DNA of 64,000 nucleotides from Candidatus Latescibacterota bacterium (GTDB lineage Bacteria > Latescibacterota > UBA2968): assembly GCA_965198115.1 (NCBI GenBank), contig OZ240241.1, forward strand, positions 608,001 to 672,000, in the 5' to 3' direction. Shown here in pieces: positions 1 through 14,474 of the stretch. The notes under the pieces were generated by a model. That model ran no database searches. It saw only the letters and a program-made list of their open reading frames with translations, and had not been told where the DNA came from. Both the position numbers and the translations under genes were made by a program. How positions within the stretch are numbered: the first letter of the stretch is position 1; each line of letters starts with the position of its first letter.

Positions 1-1698
1 TATCCGCTGGAAACCGCGAGAGATCGAACTTTCGACCCGAAACGAGCTCGATCTTGAAAAAATCAAGGAAATCTTCGTCCACTTCCTGTACGGGCATGCG
101 CCAGTCCGTGCCTTCGTGACCTTCCGGTTCGACACTCCGGACCATCCCACCACCCCATCCCATCCTCCATCGGTAGGCACTCGCCTCGATGACGTTGGGA
201 TGGTTGAGGAAAGCTTCCTTCACCACCTTGTACCGGTCGGCGAGCTTGGGGGCGTCTTCTGCCAGTTGACTCTGGTCCGCACTGAAGATGGGGAGGGTGA
301 CGAGCTGGCTGGGATCGTAGCCGAGGTCTTTAGACATCACATATTGCATCTGCTGATAAACGACACCCGTCCCGATGAGCAGGACGATCGATATGGCGAA
401 CTGCGCAACAACGAGCGCCTTCCGTATCGTATGCCCCGCCGATCCCCCATGGAACGACCCCTTTAGTGTTTCGGAGGGCTGGAAGGACGACAGGAAGATG
501 GCTGGATAGGCCCCCGCTACGACGCCCACGACGCCGGCAATGCCAAGCAGTGCCACAGCCAGACCGGGATCCTCGATGAGATCCAACGTGAGCTGTTCTT
601 GGAAGAACGTGTTGAAGTCCGCGATTATAAGCTTCACGATGATGACGACAGAATGGATGCAAGAATGGTTGTGACGACGGACTCGCCCAGGAATTGTCCA
701 ATCAACTGGCTGCGATGGGCACCCGTGACTTTCCGCAGCCCGACCTCTCCCGCTCTTTGAGCGGAACGAGCGGTTGCGAGGTTCGTGAAGTTGATACAGG
801 CGATTGCCAGGACGATGGCCGCGATCGCTGCGAACTGGTAGACGCGGTTGATGTCGCTCCACCAGCCCACGTTGTAATCTCTACGAGAATAGAGGTAGAT
901 GTCGCGGAACCCCTGAAGGTGGTAGTCGTTGTTCCTGGCAATCTCAGGACCCATGTAGCGTTCGATGAGGGTGGATATCTGGGCTCTGAGACGATCGAGA
1001 GCCGCCCCCTCTCGGATCAACAGGTAGATACGTACGGGTCGCCAGGAATTATTCCCTGACCATCCGTTCCATACCTCAATGGATCCTTTAATGTTGGGGC
1101 TGGTAATGACCGCATCGAAGCGAAGCGTCGTGTTCTGCGGGATGTCCTTCAGAACGCCCGTGATCATGAATTCGCCAGTTGTGTAGCGGTGCTTTATCGT
1201 CAAGGTTTTTCCGATAGGATCGTTGCCGCCGAAGAGTCGTTTCGCGATCGATTGGGTAATGGCGATCGAACTTGGATTTGGAAAAGCCGTTTGGACCGAT
1301 CCTGAAACGAACGGGTAATCGAATACTTTGAAAATCGTCGTATCGGCGATACACACGTCGAACCTGCTGGCCTTCCCTGCGTAGAGCACATCTGTCCAGA
1401 AGTCGAAGATCCGCACGGCCTCCTCGACTTCCGGGAAACTCTGCTCGATGGCGTTTGCCAGAGCACCTGAAGTACCCACGTGGAAAACGGATTCACCCCC
1501 GCTTCGCGTTTCCCTCAGCACGCGGTAGATACGATCGCTCCTCGAGTGCCACCGATCGACGCTGAACTCGCTCTGGATGTAGCGGACGATCAGAGTCGTC
1601 GTCGCCAGACCGATGGCGAAGCCGAAGACGTTGATGAGGGTGTAGCCCTTCTGGCGCATCATGTTGCGCCAGGCTATGGTGAGGTAGTTTCGGAGCAT
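1..1698 (-). pseudogene. MacB/FtsX-family ABC transporter permease, frameshifted near 650 and running off the window
   Basis: ORF 634..1698 starts MLRNYLTIAWRN...INVFGFAIG and has ACINFTNLATARSAQRAGEVGLRKV. The continuation (GAYPAIFLSSFQP...RKALVVAQFAISIVLL...KDLGYD) is in another frame. Confidence 0.85.
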
Positions 1699-1926
1699 CA
1701 GGCAGCAGGCAGATGAATCGATTGTTGGCTGTGGGTGGTCGGCTGAGGCAGTGGCTTCGCCCGTTGCCTTCTGACCTGGGTTAGCTTAATCTGACAATTT
1801 CGCGGAGGCGAGGGTTTCATTCGGGAATAGCTCACGATCCTCCGATCTGCCGGTTAGCGGGCCTACCTGAAGACTTTAGCCGAAAGAGCCATCCTTGCGG
1901 TGGTGCAACATGATGGTGTTACCGTC

Positions 1927-2620
1927 TGTCCGGCGTCAATCATTCTTTCCGGTCGTGTTGCCTCACGTAGTGTCGTGTTGCCTCACGTAGTAATGTTACC
2001 AGGTACAGAAGCTGCTGCATCAGACTCCGATTTGCTGGTGTCGGAGAGAGTGTACTGGGGCGCCCCGGGTTCCAGATTGGCCCCACCGAAGATAAGTTTC
2101 CGGGCCATCGTACGGCGCCAGTCCCGTACCCGACGCTGTAGAGTGCGGAGTTGGCCGGGGGTGTACGTAGAGGGGTACTCCTGCTGAAGCCGCTCGAGGA
2201 GGGATTTGGCCGTTGCGTCGGGCTCCTCGACTAACCACCCTTCCACCACGGGCCATACCGAGACGAAGGGATCCAGACGCGTACGCCAGTGACGGCCTGA
2301 GGCCGGGGGCAGTCGGTGTGTTGGCCGGGCTTCTCCCCCGCGCCACAGGGTGGGCAATTGTGATAGAAAGAGGGCAAGGTCGTCGTCGGTTGAGGACCCT
2401 TCAGTCGCTTCGTCCGGCGCAGAGAGCCGGGTTAGCGCGGACTGTGCTAAGCGGATCTCGTTAAGGAGCTGTAGGGGGTCCAACGAGGCCGAGAGTTCCT
2501 GAAGTCCTCGGATCTGGTCGTCCGCGATGTATTCGGATGCCAACAATCGCTGGCAAGGGGTGGCCGGCGGATAGTAGTGCTTGATCACCTTGGCGCCCTG
2601 TCGGCTCTTCTCCTTGAGCT
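1927..2620 (-). mobile_element. 3' remnant of an integrase-core (ISNCY/IS21-like) transposase with its terminal repeats
   Basis: ORF 1983..2645 has KVIKHYYPPATPCQRLL...LLERLQQEYP...GQLRTLQRRVRDWRR. The end starts TGT at 1927, and a 20-bp tandem repeat gtcgtgttgcctcacgtagt lies at 1952-1971 and 1972-1991. Confidence 0.7.
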
Positions 2621-2621
2621 T

Positions 2622-3036
2622 GAAGGCTGCACTCGAATCACTCAAGCCAGAACTGAAGCTGATGAATCAGTCTGCTGTGGCGAGCCTCGAGGAGGGCCTT
2701 GAAGAAACGCTGACCCTTCATCGACTGGGAATGCTCCCATTCCTGAAACGAAGCTTCCGAACCACCAACTGCATCGAGGCGCTCAACAGCATGACCGGCG
2801 ACCTCACCCGGAAGGTCAAGCGATGGAACAACTCTCCCCAGAGACACAGATGGGTCGCCGCTGCACTCCTCGATATCGAACCACGCCTGCAACGCGTGAA
2901 GGGATACAAACACCTCCCGCTACTTAGGCAAGCACTGATAAACGACCTGAATCTCGGCAACGAGCAGAATGATCGACAGAGAGCATGAACAATCAACGGA
3001 GCCCGATGAGTTTCAACTGACAATGGGACTTTGACC
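2622..3036 (+). mobile_element. IS256-family 3' fragment with right inverted repeat
   Basis: SLEEGLEETLTLHRLG...RTTNCIEALNS motif. The end gagtttcaactgacaatgggactttgacc is the inverted counterpart of the IR at 11401-11438. Confidence 0.85.
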
Positions 3037-3398
3037 AGTAGAGGTGGAATAATCAGTATCTCCTTAATCTTTGGATTCTGGCTCCCGCAAATGCTCATCG
3101 TCCCCCAGGGCCGCCAGCTGGTCATCGGGATCGGGGGCCGGGGAGTATCCCGCCATCCGACGGGCGAGCTCGTCTTCCCAGGACGCATAGACCGCGCCGG
3201 ACGGCCGACCGCTCGGCAACGTCAGCCGGGGGCCGCTCTTCTTCAGCCCATGCCCGAACACCGGACGCGAGCGCCGCGGCAAGTTGCAGCAGGAAATTAC
3301 GACCTTTTACTTTTTGAAACCTGGAGCGATCTTCAAGTATCGAGCCGCCGTGTAGAACCGGCAACGACCGACCATAGAAAAGCGGGACAAGGTAACCG

Positions 3399-3794
3399 AT
3401 GTCTGAAAACTTCGAAAAGGTGAAAGCCTATCTACAGAACCTCGAACTTCCGACGGAATCGGAAGACGAGACCGAGGAACTCGTCATCGTCAACGACGAC
3501 GAACGAGGTATTCACAACCTCATTATCGACTGCGAGGACCCGATTCTCATCCTCGAACAGGGTGTTTTGCCGCTCCCGTCTGATACGGGTAAGCTCTACG
3601 AGCGGCTTCTCGAAATCAACCGAACGCTCATTCACGGTGCGTTCGCCATCGACCTCGAAACCCGGATGGTTCTGTTCCGCGACACCCTCCGGCTCGAAAC
3701 ACTCGACCGGTCCGAGCTTGAGGGCTCGATCAACGCCCTGAGCCTCGCTATGGCCGAGAATGCCGAAGAACTCATCTCTTTCAGCCACAGCTAA
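3399..3794 (+). CDS. YbjN/CesT-like chaperone-fold protein
   Basis: 131 aa with LYERLLEINRTLIHGAFAID...LFRDTLRLETLDRSEL, directly upstream of pspA. Confidence 0.75.
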   Translation: MSENFEKVKAYLQNLELPTESEDETEELVIVNDDERGIHNLIIDCEDPILILEQGVLPLPSDTGKLYERLLEINRTLIHGAFAIDLETRMVLFRDTLRLETLDRSELEGSINALSLAMAENAEELISFSHS

Positions 3795-3820
3795 TTTCGC
3801 CCCCCAACAGGAGTATTCAA

Positions 3821-4522
3821 ATGAGCATTTTTCAGCGCGTCTTCAGACTCGGCAAGGCCGAGGTCCACTCGGCTATCGACAAGATCGAGGATCCGATCAG
3901 GATGACCGAGCAGGGTATTCGGGACCTCAAAAAAGATCTCAACACCGCCATGACGAGCCTGGCCGAGGTCAAGGGTCAGGCCATCCGTCTCAAGAAGCAG
4001 GCGGAAGACAACGCCAACGCAGCGGCAAACTACGAGAAAAAGGCCATGCTCCTGTTGCAGCGTGCCCAATCGGGCGACGTCGAACCGGCTGAAGCCGAGC
4101 GACTGGCCACGGAAGCCCTCACCCGCAAAGATGATACGGCTACCCGGGCGGCCCAGCTCGCCAAGGATGCGCAGCAGCAAGAAACGATGGCGAACAACCT
4201 GCAGACGCAGGTCGATCGTCTTAAATCGACAATCGCCAGCCACGAAAACGATCTCATCACGCTCCGTGCACGTGCCTGCACCGCCGCCGCTACCAAAAAG
4301 ATCAACAAACAGCTGGCCAAGGTCGACTCGTCAGGCACCCTAGCCATGCTCGAGCGAATGAAAGAGCGCGTCGACCAGGATGAGTCCCTCGCCGAAGCCT
4401 ACGGCGACATCGCTGGCCAAGCGACATCGACCGACGACGAAATCGACCGCGCCATCGCGAGCGGCGGCGGGTCCAGCGACGAGCGTCTGGCCGCCCTCAA
4501 GGCCAAAATGGGGGTCTCGTAG
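3821..4522 (+). CDS. pspA: PspA/IM30 family protein
   Basis: MSIFQRVFRLGKAEVHSAIDKIEDPIRMTEQGIRDL, long coiled coil, C-terminal ERLAALKAKMG, RBS ggag. Confidence 0.9.
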   Translation: MSIFQRVFRLGKAEVHSAIDKIEDPIRMTEQGIRDLKKDLNTAMTSLAEVKGQAIRLKKQAEDNANAAANYEKKAMLLLQRAQSGDVEPAEAERLATEALTRKDDTATRAAQLAKDAQQQETMANNLQTQVDRLKSTIASHENDLITLRARACTAAATKKINKQLAKVDSSGTLAMLERMKERVDQDESLAEAYGDIAGQATSTDDEIDRAIASGGGSSDERLAALKAKMGVS

Positions 4523-4569
4523 GATCGAAGGAAAGTTATCAGAGCGCGGTACTAAAGCGACCTGTGGAA

Positions 4570-5480
4570 CGGTTCGCAGTCGCAGCTGTCCCTGTTCCGT
4601 TCAGTGACGGGGGTCGACTTCCCGCTGCTGCAGAGAGCGGGAACGGGCGGAATCCCCTGGGGTCTGGGCGTTGAGAACATCGTCGTGGTCAACCAGGAAG
4701 GAACCATCCACGACATCTTCGACATCTCGGATCGTCGCCGGCTCAACGAGGCGGTCGACTTCCTGCTCACACCCGTGCCTGCGCCGGTATCCCGGCTTAA
4801 CCGATCCTCGCTCGACTTCGGCTCAACCGGAATCGTCGGAACCGACATCAGCATCATCCTCACGGTCGAAAACACCGGAGACGCGCTCCTCGAAGTCTCG
4901 AGCATCACGTCGGACCACTCCGACATACGGTTCGATCAGAGCACGTTTACGGTCAACCCCGGGAGCCGCGAAGACGTCACCGTCACCCTCTCCCCGGCGG
5001 ATGCAGGCTCGATCTCCGGTCGCGTCACGGTCACCACAAACGACCGCACCTGGACGCTACTCGTCGACCGGATCACCATCGAACGGCCGCATGCCGATGA
5101 TCGCCCTACCGGCATCTATGCTCGACTTCGGTACGATCGAGGTTGGACGCGCCGATTCCCGGGGGCTGGAGATTCGGAACGATGGACCGGGTCCGCTGAA
5201 CGTGACGGATGTGCGGACGGACATTCCGGGCATCACATTCTCCGCCCGTGTCTTCACCGTAGCTGCAGGTGAGGTTTCCACGATCACCATCCTCGTGGAC
5301 GCCCAAACCGAAGGCCTGATCAGCGGCATCGTCGAGATCATCAGCAACGACCCCGATATGATGAGCTCGACCGTCACGGTCTCCGCTACGGCAGAGATCG
5401 ACGTCGCAGATGCACGCGCAGACTTCGATGGCAGCGGCACGATCGATTTCCGGAACCCTCTGGTTGACCCCTCCGAGTAG
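4570..5480 (+). pseudogene. Fragment of a surface protein with Ig-like (choice-of-anchor D) repeats and a dockerin/EF-hand-like start
   Basis: Two LDFG...(V/I)xNxG...IxSNDP repeats split by a frameshift near 5085. Ends ADFDGSGTIDF, truncated at about 5450, with no clear start. Confidence 0.7.
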
Positions 5481-5872
5481 CTCTCCCTTCCTTGGGGATG
5501 AGAAACTCAATTAAATTTGGACGATCTTTTTCTGCCGGGGCTCTGGGGCGGATTTGATGAAATCGTTCCGAATTAGGGGCCTATGGGATCTGAGTGGGTA
5601 GAGGATCAGCAAATCCAGTATCACTTCTCTGATCGGTAACTTGTTAGTTACCACATGACAAGATATTCTATCGAACCAACTCAGAATCCTGTCCAGCTCC
5701 TCACGATGGCCAATAACTGATCAAGTATGGGAAAACGGATTGTAAAGCCCGTAGGCGGACGATCGCAGAAAACCCGACTTCAAGTCCGATCAAAAAAGAT
5801 CGGCGATTTAAAATCGAGTTTCTCTACGTGTAGGAAGGGAAGGCTATTCGGGAGGCTTCAAAGAAGGCCTCT
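5451..5872. mobile_element. MITE-like or internally deleted IS remnant
   Basis: Imperfect inverted repeats of about 50 bp (5469-5516 and 5806-5855) around an AT-richer non-coding core. It truncates the upstream gene. Confidence 0.5.
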
Positions 5873-6297
5873 CCCATCGAACTGGGAGGCGGTCGCCTAA
5901 CGCTCAGGAGACCACGTTCACGGCGTGGCTTTTTGCAGGACTCTCAGGACTTGACCGAGCGAGGAATCGTGTCGGCATTTCCATCACACCCGAGGAAATC
6001 GCTGGCACGCTCGAACTGTGGGGCGACTCGACAAAGCGGACGGCCATCTATCTCCGCTTTGGTAACAAGGGTTTGCTGCGCGTCAAGCTGTGGGGTCCGA
6101 CGGGAGGCACCCCGACAAGTCGCCCGGTACTGTCTCTCCGAAATTCTCCGAGCAGGAGCTGTTGTTCCTCGCTGATTGGGGTTCTCCTGTATAACTATAG
6201 TTTTCGGACATACCGTTATGGCATGCCCAAACCCCTGAAAACACAGCGAGTTTCACCCCCGATCCCAAGGGGGTTTTTGGACAGGGGGCAAAAGCGC

Positions 6298-6872
6298 TTC
6301 GGGTCGGGCTCTACCTCGCGTCTCCACCCACGACCAGAAGACACTGCCCCTGCAGCTCTCTGCGATGCGGGATGCAAAGAAGAGGAGTTGGGGCCGTCAA
6401 GGTTCAAGACGTGGGGTCTGGGGCCACGACACGCCCGCAGCGGGAGAAGCTCATCGAGGCGGCCCGACGGCGGGAGATCGATTGCGTCCTGGTCTGGCGA
6501 CTGGATCGCTGGGGGCGGTCGCTGGTGGACCTGGTGGTCGAACTCCGCAAACACGGCCAGCATCCCGGCGAGCGCTCTGCCGCTGGGGGTCGTCAGGTCG
6601 AGCGCTTCGCAAAGTGACACGAATCCCACGTCGAGTGCGTTCAGTTCCTGGAGCATGTTCCGCGAGATATTTTGCGGGACCGCGTGAAAGCGGGAATCGA
6701 CCAAGCAAGAAAGGATGGGAAACCGCATGGGCGGCCCATGACAGCAGGTAAGCTCGTGCCGGAAATGAAGCAGCTTCGCAAGGATGGGCTGAGTAAGCGG
6801 GAAATCGCCAAGCGCCTCGGCATCAGTCGCACCTCTGTTATCCGCTGGCTAGGCTCTCCGAAGTGCTCTTAG
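6298..6872 (+). pseudogene. Serine recombinase (resolvase/invertase) with frameshifts and an internal 123-bp inversion
   Basis: On +: RVSTHDQ, VWRLDRWGRSLVDL and RDRVKAG...HGRP...HTH. The middle part NMLQELNALDVGFVSLCEALDLTTPSGRALAGMLAVFAEF is on the - strand at 6537-6659. Confidence 0.85.
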
Positions 6873-6890
6873 CGCCTTAACGTGCAATTT

Positions 6891-6919
6891 TTGACCAATG
6901 GAGGAGTGACCCCTATAAT
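6891..6919 (+). promoter_or_regulatory. Sigma70-type promoter, probably giving a leaderless mRNA
   Basis: TTGACC-17bp-TATAAT, with the ATG 6 nt downstream of the -10. Confidence 0.65.
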
Positions 6920-6925
6920 GTCTCC

Positions 6926-7300
6926 ATGACCAGCTTCCAGATGTCAGTGACGGTGCTCGCGGTGATGCACGCGGTCTTCGCCGGCTTCACGGCCCTGGTG
7001 GGTGCATTCGCGAACGGTGGAGACGTCTGGCAACGGCTGCTAGTGGTTCTCCTGCATCCGCTTGGCGCCGCGGGCGTGCTAGTGCTCGTGTTGCGGCCCC
7101 GCCTCGCCACGACGACGATCCTTGCCCTAGCGGCACTCCTGACAGTGAACGTGATCGCCGACCTAGGTCTTGCGCAGCTGATGGCTGCGGGCCGCGTGCG
7201 GGGTGATTGGGAACTGGCGCTGGCCTTCTCGGTGGTTCCGGTCATCGGAGTGGTCTACGCGCTGGCGCTGCTGCGCACGGCCCGCGGAACGGTCGGGTAA
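6926..7300 (+). CDS. Small 4-TM membrane protein, function unknown
   Basis: 124 aa with four hydrophobic segments and its own promoter. Confidence 0.7.
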   Translation: MTSFQMSVTVLAVMHAVFAGFTALVGAFANGGDVWQRLLVVLLHPLGAAGVLVLVLRPRLATTTILALAALLTVNVIADLGLAQLMAAGRVRGDWELALAFSVVPVIGVVYALALLRTARGTVG

Positions 7301-7489
7301 GGCGCAGTCCGGAAGTGGCAGTCTCAACCGGTTGATGTCGGCGGCGCCGGGACAATGACGGTGCGCAACCGTTCCTTTGTGCAACTCTGCCAGCGTTCGC
7401 TTGATGATGTAGGGTTCCCATCGATCGGCTAGTCACGACGCGTCCACGTTTCGAATCCCTGCAGGCCGGTGACGCACTTTTCCAGTGGT

Positions 7490-7740
7490 GCACGTCCAGA
7501 GCGGCCGGAGCATACCGCCACCTGCCTCCCGGCGTTTCCTCCACCCTACGGAACCAACCGAAGAACAGAAAGAGGTCACCGCAACGGATGCCCTGGTTCT
7601 GAAGCTCGGTCTGCGCGCCGTCGACCTGCCCGAATGTCGGTCGCCAGTCGGGCAGCCGCTGAAGTGCGTCGGCGCGGATGTCCGGATCGAGATGACACTT
7701 GTCGTCTCCTCGAATGTCCTTGTTGGTCAGGCACTCCACA
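7490..7740 (-). pseudogene. Nmad3-like (nucleotide-modification-associated) fragment
   Basis: CHLDPDIR...WRPTFGQ...AQTELQNQGIRCGDLFLFFGWFRRVE. Confidence 0.6.
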
Positions 7741-7749
7741 ATCGGTGCA

Positions 7750-7962
7750 AGTGAGCTGTCCCGCCAACGACACGAGGATGCAGCAGCGAAGGTACGAGGA
7801 AAATTCTTGGGCGAGCTTTGCGGTGCCGATAAGGACACGCACTTCTTCGTGGGAACGATTCTCGCGCACCCCACTAGCTGGGTCGTGATCGGGGTCTTCT
7901 ACCCGAAGAAGGAGCCACCGAGCCTTTTCGACGCCGGCCAAGTCCTCGAACAGGACATCTGA
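7750..7962 (+). pseudogene. C-terminal fragment of a hypothetical protein
   Basis: KDTHFFVGTILAHPTSWVVIGVFYP...SLFD with no credible start. Confidence 0.4.
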
Positions 7963-8033
7963 TGGGGTTCAACCGCGTTCTTGAGATACGCAAACTCGCA
8001 GCGCCTCGACAGACACGCGGAGAGATTTCGTCC

Positions 8034-10717
<2,684 letters not shown>

Positions 10718-11029
10718 GCTCGGCGAGGTGCTCGTAACGGTCGTCTCCTGTTGCGTCCACCAAGCCGAGGTAACTGCAGACCGCAAAGGCATCAGTCCAC
10801 AGATACCGCTACGGATAGGAAGAATACACGGGGTCTTCTCCTTCTGAGGCAAGGGTATCTGGGTAAGATGCTTCGTTGCGAAGAAACCTGGGAAGACGAC
10901 GAGGCCATCGACGACGAGCTGACCGCCTCCAACCCGCTCATCATCCAGCGGAACCAGGTCTCCACCACGATCATGTTCGAATACCCTACGAAGGAAGAGC
11001 GCGAGTCGGAGCTGCCGAAGCTCTTCCTG

Positions 11030-11236
11030 CCGACGAGCTGTCTACCATCTTCGATGAATACCGTCAGGCTGAAGGGTCGGAGAGCAGCGTGCAGAAGGGG
11101 ACCGGACTGGGGCTGTCCATTGCCAAGAAGTTCGCAGAGCTGCTGGGCGGGACCATCGGCGCGGAGAGCGAAGGTTGGCAAGGGCAGCACGTTTACCGTG
11201 CGGGTGCCTACCACTTACCAGCCATCCAAAGCCTGA
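11030..11236 (+). pseudogene. Histidine kinase HATPase C-terminal relic
   Basis: ELSTIFDEYRQ...GTGLGLSIAKKFAELLGG...GKGSTFTVRVP, frameshifted. Paralog of the 3' end of 16539..18914. Confidence 0.8.
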
Positions 11237-11261
11237 ATTCGAAATTACTGTCGTGAAAGAC

Positions 11262-11295
11262 CAGCCCCAATTCTCTCACAGAGTTGGGGCTATTC
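11262..11295. terminator. Hairpin, probable terminator
   Basis: agccccaattct...agagttggggct inverted repeat. Confidence 0.45.
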
Positions 11296-11400
11296 AGTCT
11301 CCGCCTAATCCCCTCCATCAGCCACGCTTGCCCGCCGTTCATTGCCCTTTCTGAATACTATGGCAGCGATTTGACCGCCTCTATAATCAGCGGTCGTGTC

Positions 11401-12470
11401 GGTGTTGTGCCTATCGTAGTTGAAACTTAGAGGGCTCCAAACTTACGTTGGGTAGACGTGTAGGAGCGTATACCCGTAAGAAAGGAGCCCAGATGGAGAA
11501 GCTATTTGTAGGCGATGGTGAAGTCAAGGTTGAGGGCGATGTCATCGATTTGGAGACGCGTTTGTCGGTGATCCAGGCGTTGATCCCGTTGGGTCTGGAG
11601 GCAGTGGCAGACCTCCTCCAGCAGGAGGTCGAGCAGCTCGCAGGCGTTCGGTATGCGCGCAAAGGTTCGGAGCAGGCGCATCGTCGGTGGGGAAGCCAGA
11701 AGGGATCCGTGTATCTGATGGACCAGAAGCTCCCGTTAGACGTTCCCCGGGTGCGCGACGTCGAGGCCGACGCAGAGGTTTCCCTGGCTGCATACCGGGC
11801 TCTACAGACGCCCAAGAAGACGGACGAGGGGCTGTTGCTTCGTGTTCTCAAGGGGATCTCGTGCCGCAACTACAAGGCCTGTGCCGAATCGGTTCCAGAA
11901 GCGTTTGGTATCTCAGCGTCCTCCGTCTCGCGGCGGTTCATCAAAGCCACCGCGAAGAAGCGGAAGCAGTTCCAGGAGCGTCCCCTCGACGACTACGGCT
12001 TCGTGACCCTGTTCATTGACGGAAAGAGCTTTGCCGACGAAGAGATCGTGATCGCTCTGGGGGTCACGATGGACGGCCAGAAGATCCCCCTGGGCTTCGT
12101 CGAATCGGCGACGGAGAACGAACGGATCTGCCGCCAGCTGATCCAAGACCTCATCCGGAGAGGCCTGTGCTACGACCAGGGCCTTCTCGTTGTGCTTGAC
12201 GGCTCAAAGGGACTCCGCAGTGCTGTCACCAAAGCCCTCAAAGGGTATGTGCGCGTGCATCGCTGTCAGTGGCACAAGCGCGAGAATGTCGTCAGCTATC
12301 TCCCGGAGAGGGAACGTCCAAGAGTTCGACGGAAGCTCCAGAAAGCCTATGACTGCGACACCTACGAGGAGGCAAAGGCCGCACTCGAATCACTTAAACC
12401 CGAACTGAAGCTGATGAATCAGTCTGCCGTAACGAGCCTCGAGGAAGGCCTGGAGGAAACCCTGACCCTC
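11401..12470 (+). mobile_element. IS256-family element, 5' part (transposase from 11493), truncated by an IS3 element
   Basis: Left IR at 11401, LFIDGK, VVLDGSKGL, RCQWHKREN. The ORF stops at the TGA that begins the IS3 end. Confidence 0.9.
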
Positions 12471-13527
12471 TGACCTGCCCCCATCTATGTGTCCACATCC
12501 AGAGTTAGGATATGGCTGCGGTGAGCGGTTTGGTGACCGCTTCAGGTGCAGGTGGGCGATAGCCCAATGAGCTGTGTGGTCTGATGTGATTGTACTGCCA
12601 GCGCCACCACTTGGTCAACACCCTGGTCTCCTCCAAGGTCGTGAAGATCTCACCGTTGAGTAGCTCGTCTCTGAGCTTCCCGTTGAAGCTCTCGATGTAT
12701 CCGTTCTCCCACGGGCTGCCCGGCTCGATGAACAAAGTTCCGACCTCCAACCTCGAGAGCCAGTCCCGAACCGCTTTGGCTACAAACTCCGGCCCGTTAT
12801 CCGATCTGATGTGTTTCGGGACACCATACCTCAGCATCAGCTTCGCCAACGTCCGCAGAACGTCCCGTGATGTTTGCTTGCGAGCGACCTCGATGGTCAG
12901 GCACTCACGCGTGTATTCATCCACGACTGTCAGGAACTTCAACGGCCTCCCTTCACGTGTGCGATCGAACACGAAGTCGTAGGCCCAGACGTGGTTACGA
13001 TGCTCGGGTCTGAGTCTGATGCAGGAGCCGTCGTTGAGCCAAAGTCGACCCCGCTTCGGCTGCCTGGCGGGCACCTTCAGCCCCTCCTGACGCCAGATCC
13101 GCTCCACCCGCTTGTGGTTCACCCGCCAGCCATCGGTCCTAAGAAGAGCCGTGATTCGACGGTAGCCATAACGTCCATATTCGCTGGCCAGAGAGACGAT
13201 GTTCGCGGTCAGGACGGTCTCGCCGTCCGCCACCTTGAGCGTGTATCGCTGGGTACGGCGCACCTGACCCAGCACACGGCACGCCCGACGCTCCGAGACA
13301 GCCAGGGCCTCACGCACGTGCCCGACCGCCTTCCTTCGCCGCGTCGGGCTCAGAAGTTTCCCCGGGACACCTCCTTGAGAATCGAGATATCCAGGGCCTG
13401 GTCGGCCACAAGACGTTTCAGACGCCCGTTCTCTTGCTCCAGCTCCTTCAGCCGGCGGACCTGGTCGACCTCCATACCGCCGTATTCCTTGCGCCACCGG
13501 TAATAGGTCTGTTCGCTGACGCCAAGC
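12471..13527 (-). mobile_element. IS3-family (IS407-like) element, orfA 5'-truncated, orfB intact
   Basis: WAYDF...VDEYTRE...RSDNGPEF...PWENGYIESFNG DDE core, GGGAAAC slippery site at the orfA/orfB overlap (about 13355-13365), terminal CA/TG at 12471. Confidence 0.9.
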
Positions 13528-14253
13528 TCACGCGAGACCGTTCGTCGGATGCCCGGGTCTCAAGATCGTCGTAATGAGCTTGCCGCTTTGGCCTTCATAG
13601 ATATGTAGCGGCATATAGCAGTGTTCATTGTAATACGCGTTGAAGAGTGAAAATTGTTGCGCACCGTGCGTTGGGTCATCCGTGTCGTCGATATCGAGAA
13701 TGATGCTTGGGGGTGCCTGGTCATACGATGCGATGAACCCGTCTACAAAAGCCCGTGCGAGCCGATACAAATCCGAGCGTCGCACATCATTCTCAAGTCG
13801 TGTCATCGTTGATTGGCTCCCGAGATCAGGACCGGAAAGAGGAAGCCGATCGCAGGCAGCCTTGACGCCCGGATCGTGGCGCAAATCATCACAATCGACG
13901 GCATCTTCATAGCCGCAAGCGATCTGAAAAACACGCTGCTTCACAAGATCCAAAAGCGTGTGATCGATATAGCTTGGGTGACGACGATCTCGCAAAGCAT
14001 CTACCATTCTGGCGATCAATCCCATCTGAGACTCAAGGGCGCGAAGCAACAGAACTCCACCGTCACTCCTGACGGCGCCACCGGCAAAATCAGCCTCAAC
14101 TACCTTGCCCGAAATGCTTGCGAATGGTAACCGGATCTGACTAGGTTCTATCACGGTAGTTCCTTCCAAGTGTTGTTTTGATGTGTCAGCCCTAATGTAG
14201 GGAAAAACAAACACTTGTACAAGGAGACTACCTTTTTTAGGGCATAATTCAGG
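13528..14253 (-). mobile_element. IS1380-family element, 5' half
   Basis: SDGGVLLL...QRVFQIACGYED...LDIDDTDDPTHGAQQ...FNAYY...PLHIYE. The end reads cctgaattatgcc from 14253. Confidence 0.88.
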
Positions 14254-14474
14254 CTAAGCGTCGCCATTCACGTCTAGTTTACCCCTCAGTCATCCAGGCC
14301 GGGGGGCTTCTTCGTTGCAGATATCCATGTAGCTGACTCCCGGTTTCGCCAGCCAGCCGCCACTGAGCCCTTGCTCGTTCTGTAGAATCTGGCTACAGTT
14401 GTACTGATTTGCTCCCTCTCCCTGAAAGATCGGAAGAGGGAGCTCTGCGTTTTGGCCATTCTCGGGAAGCAGGT

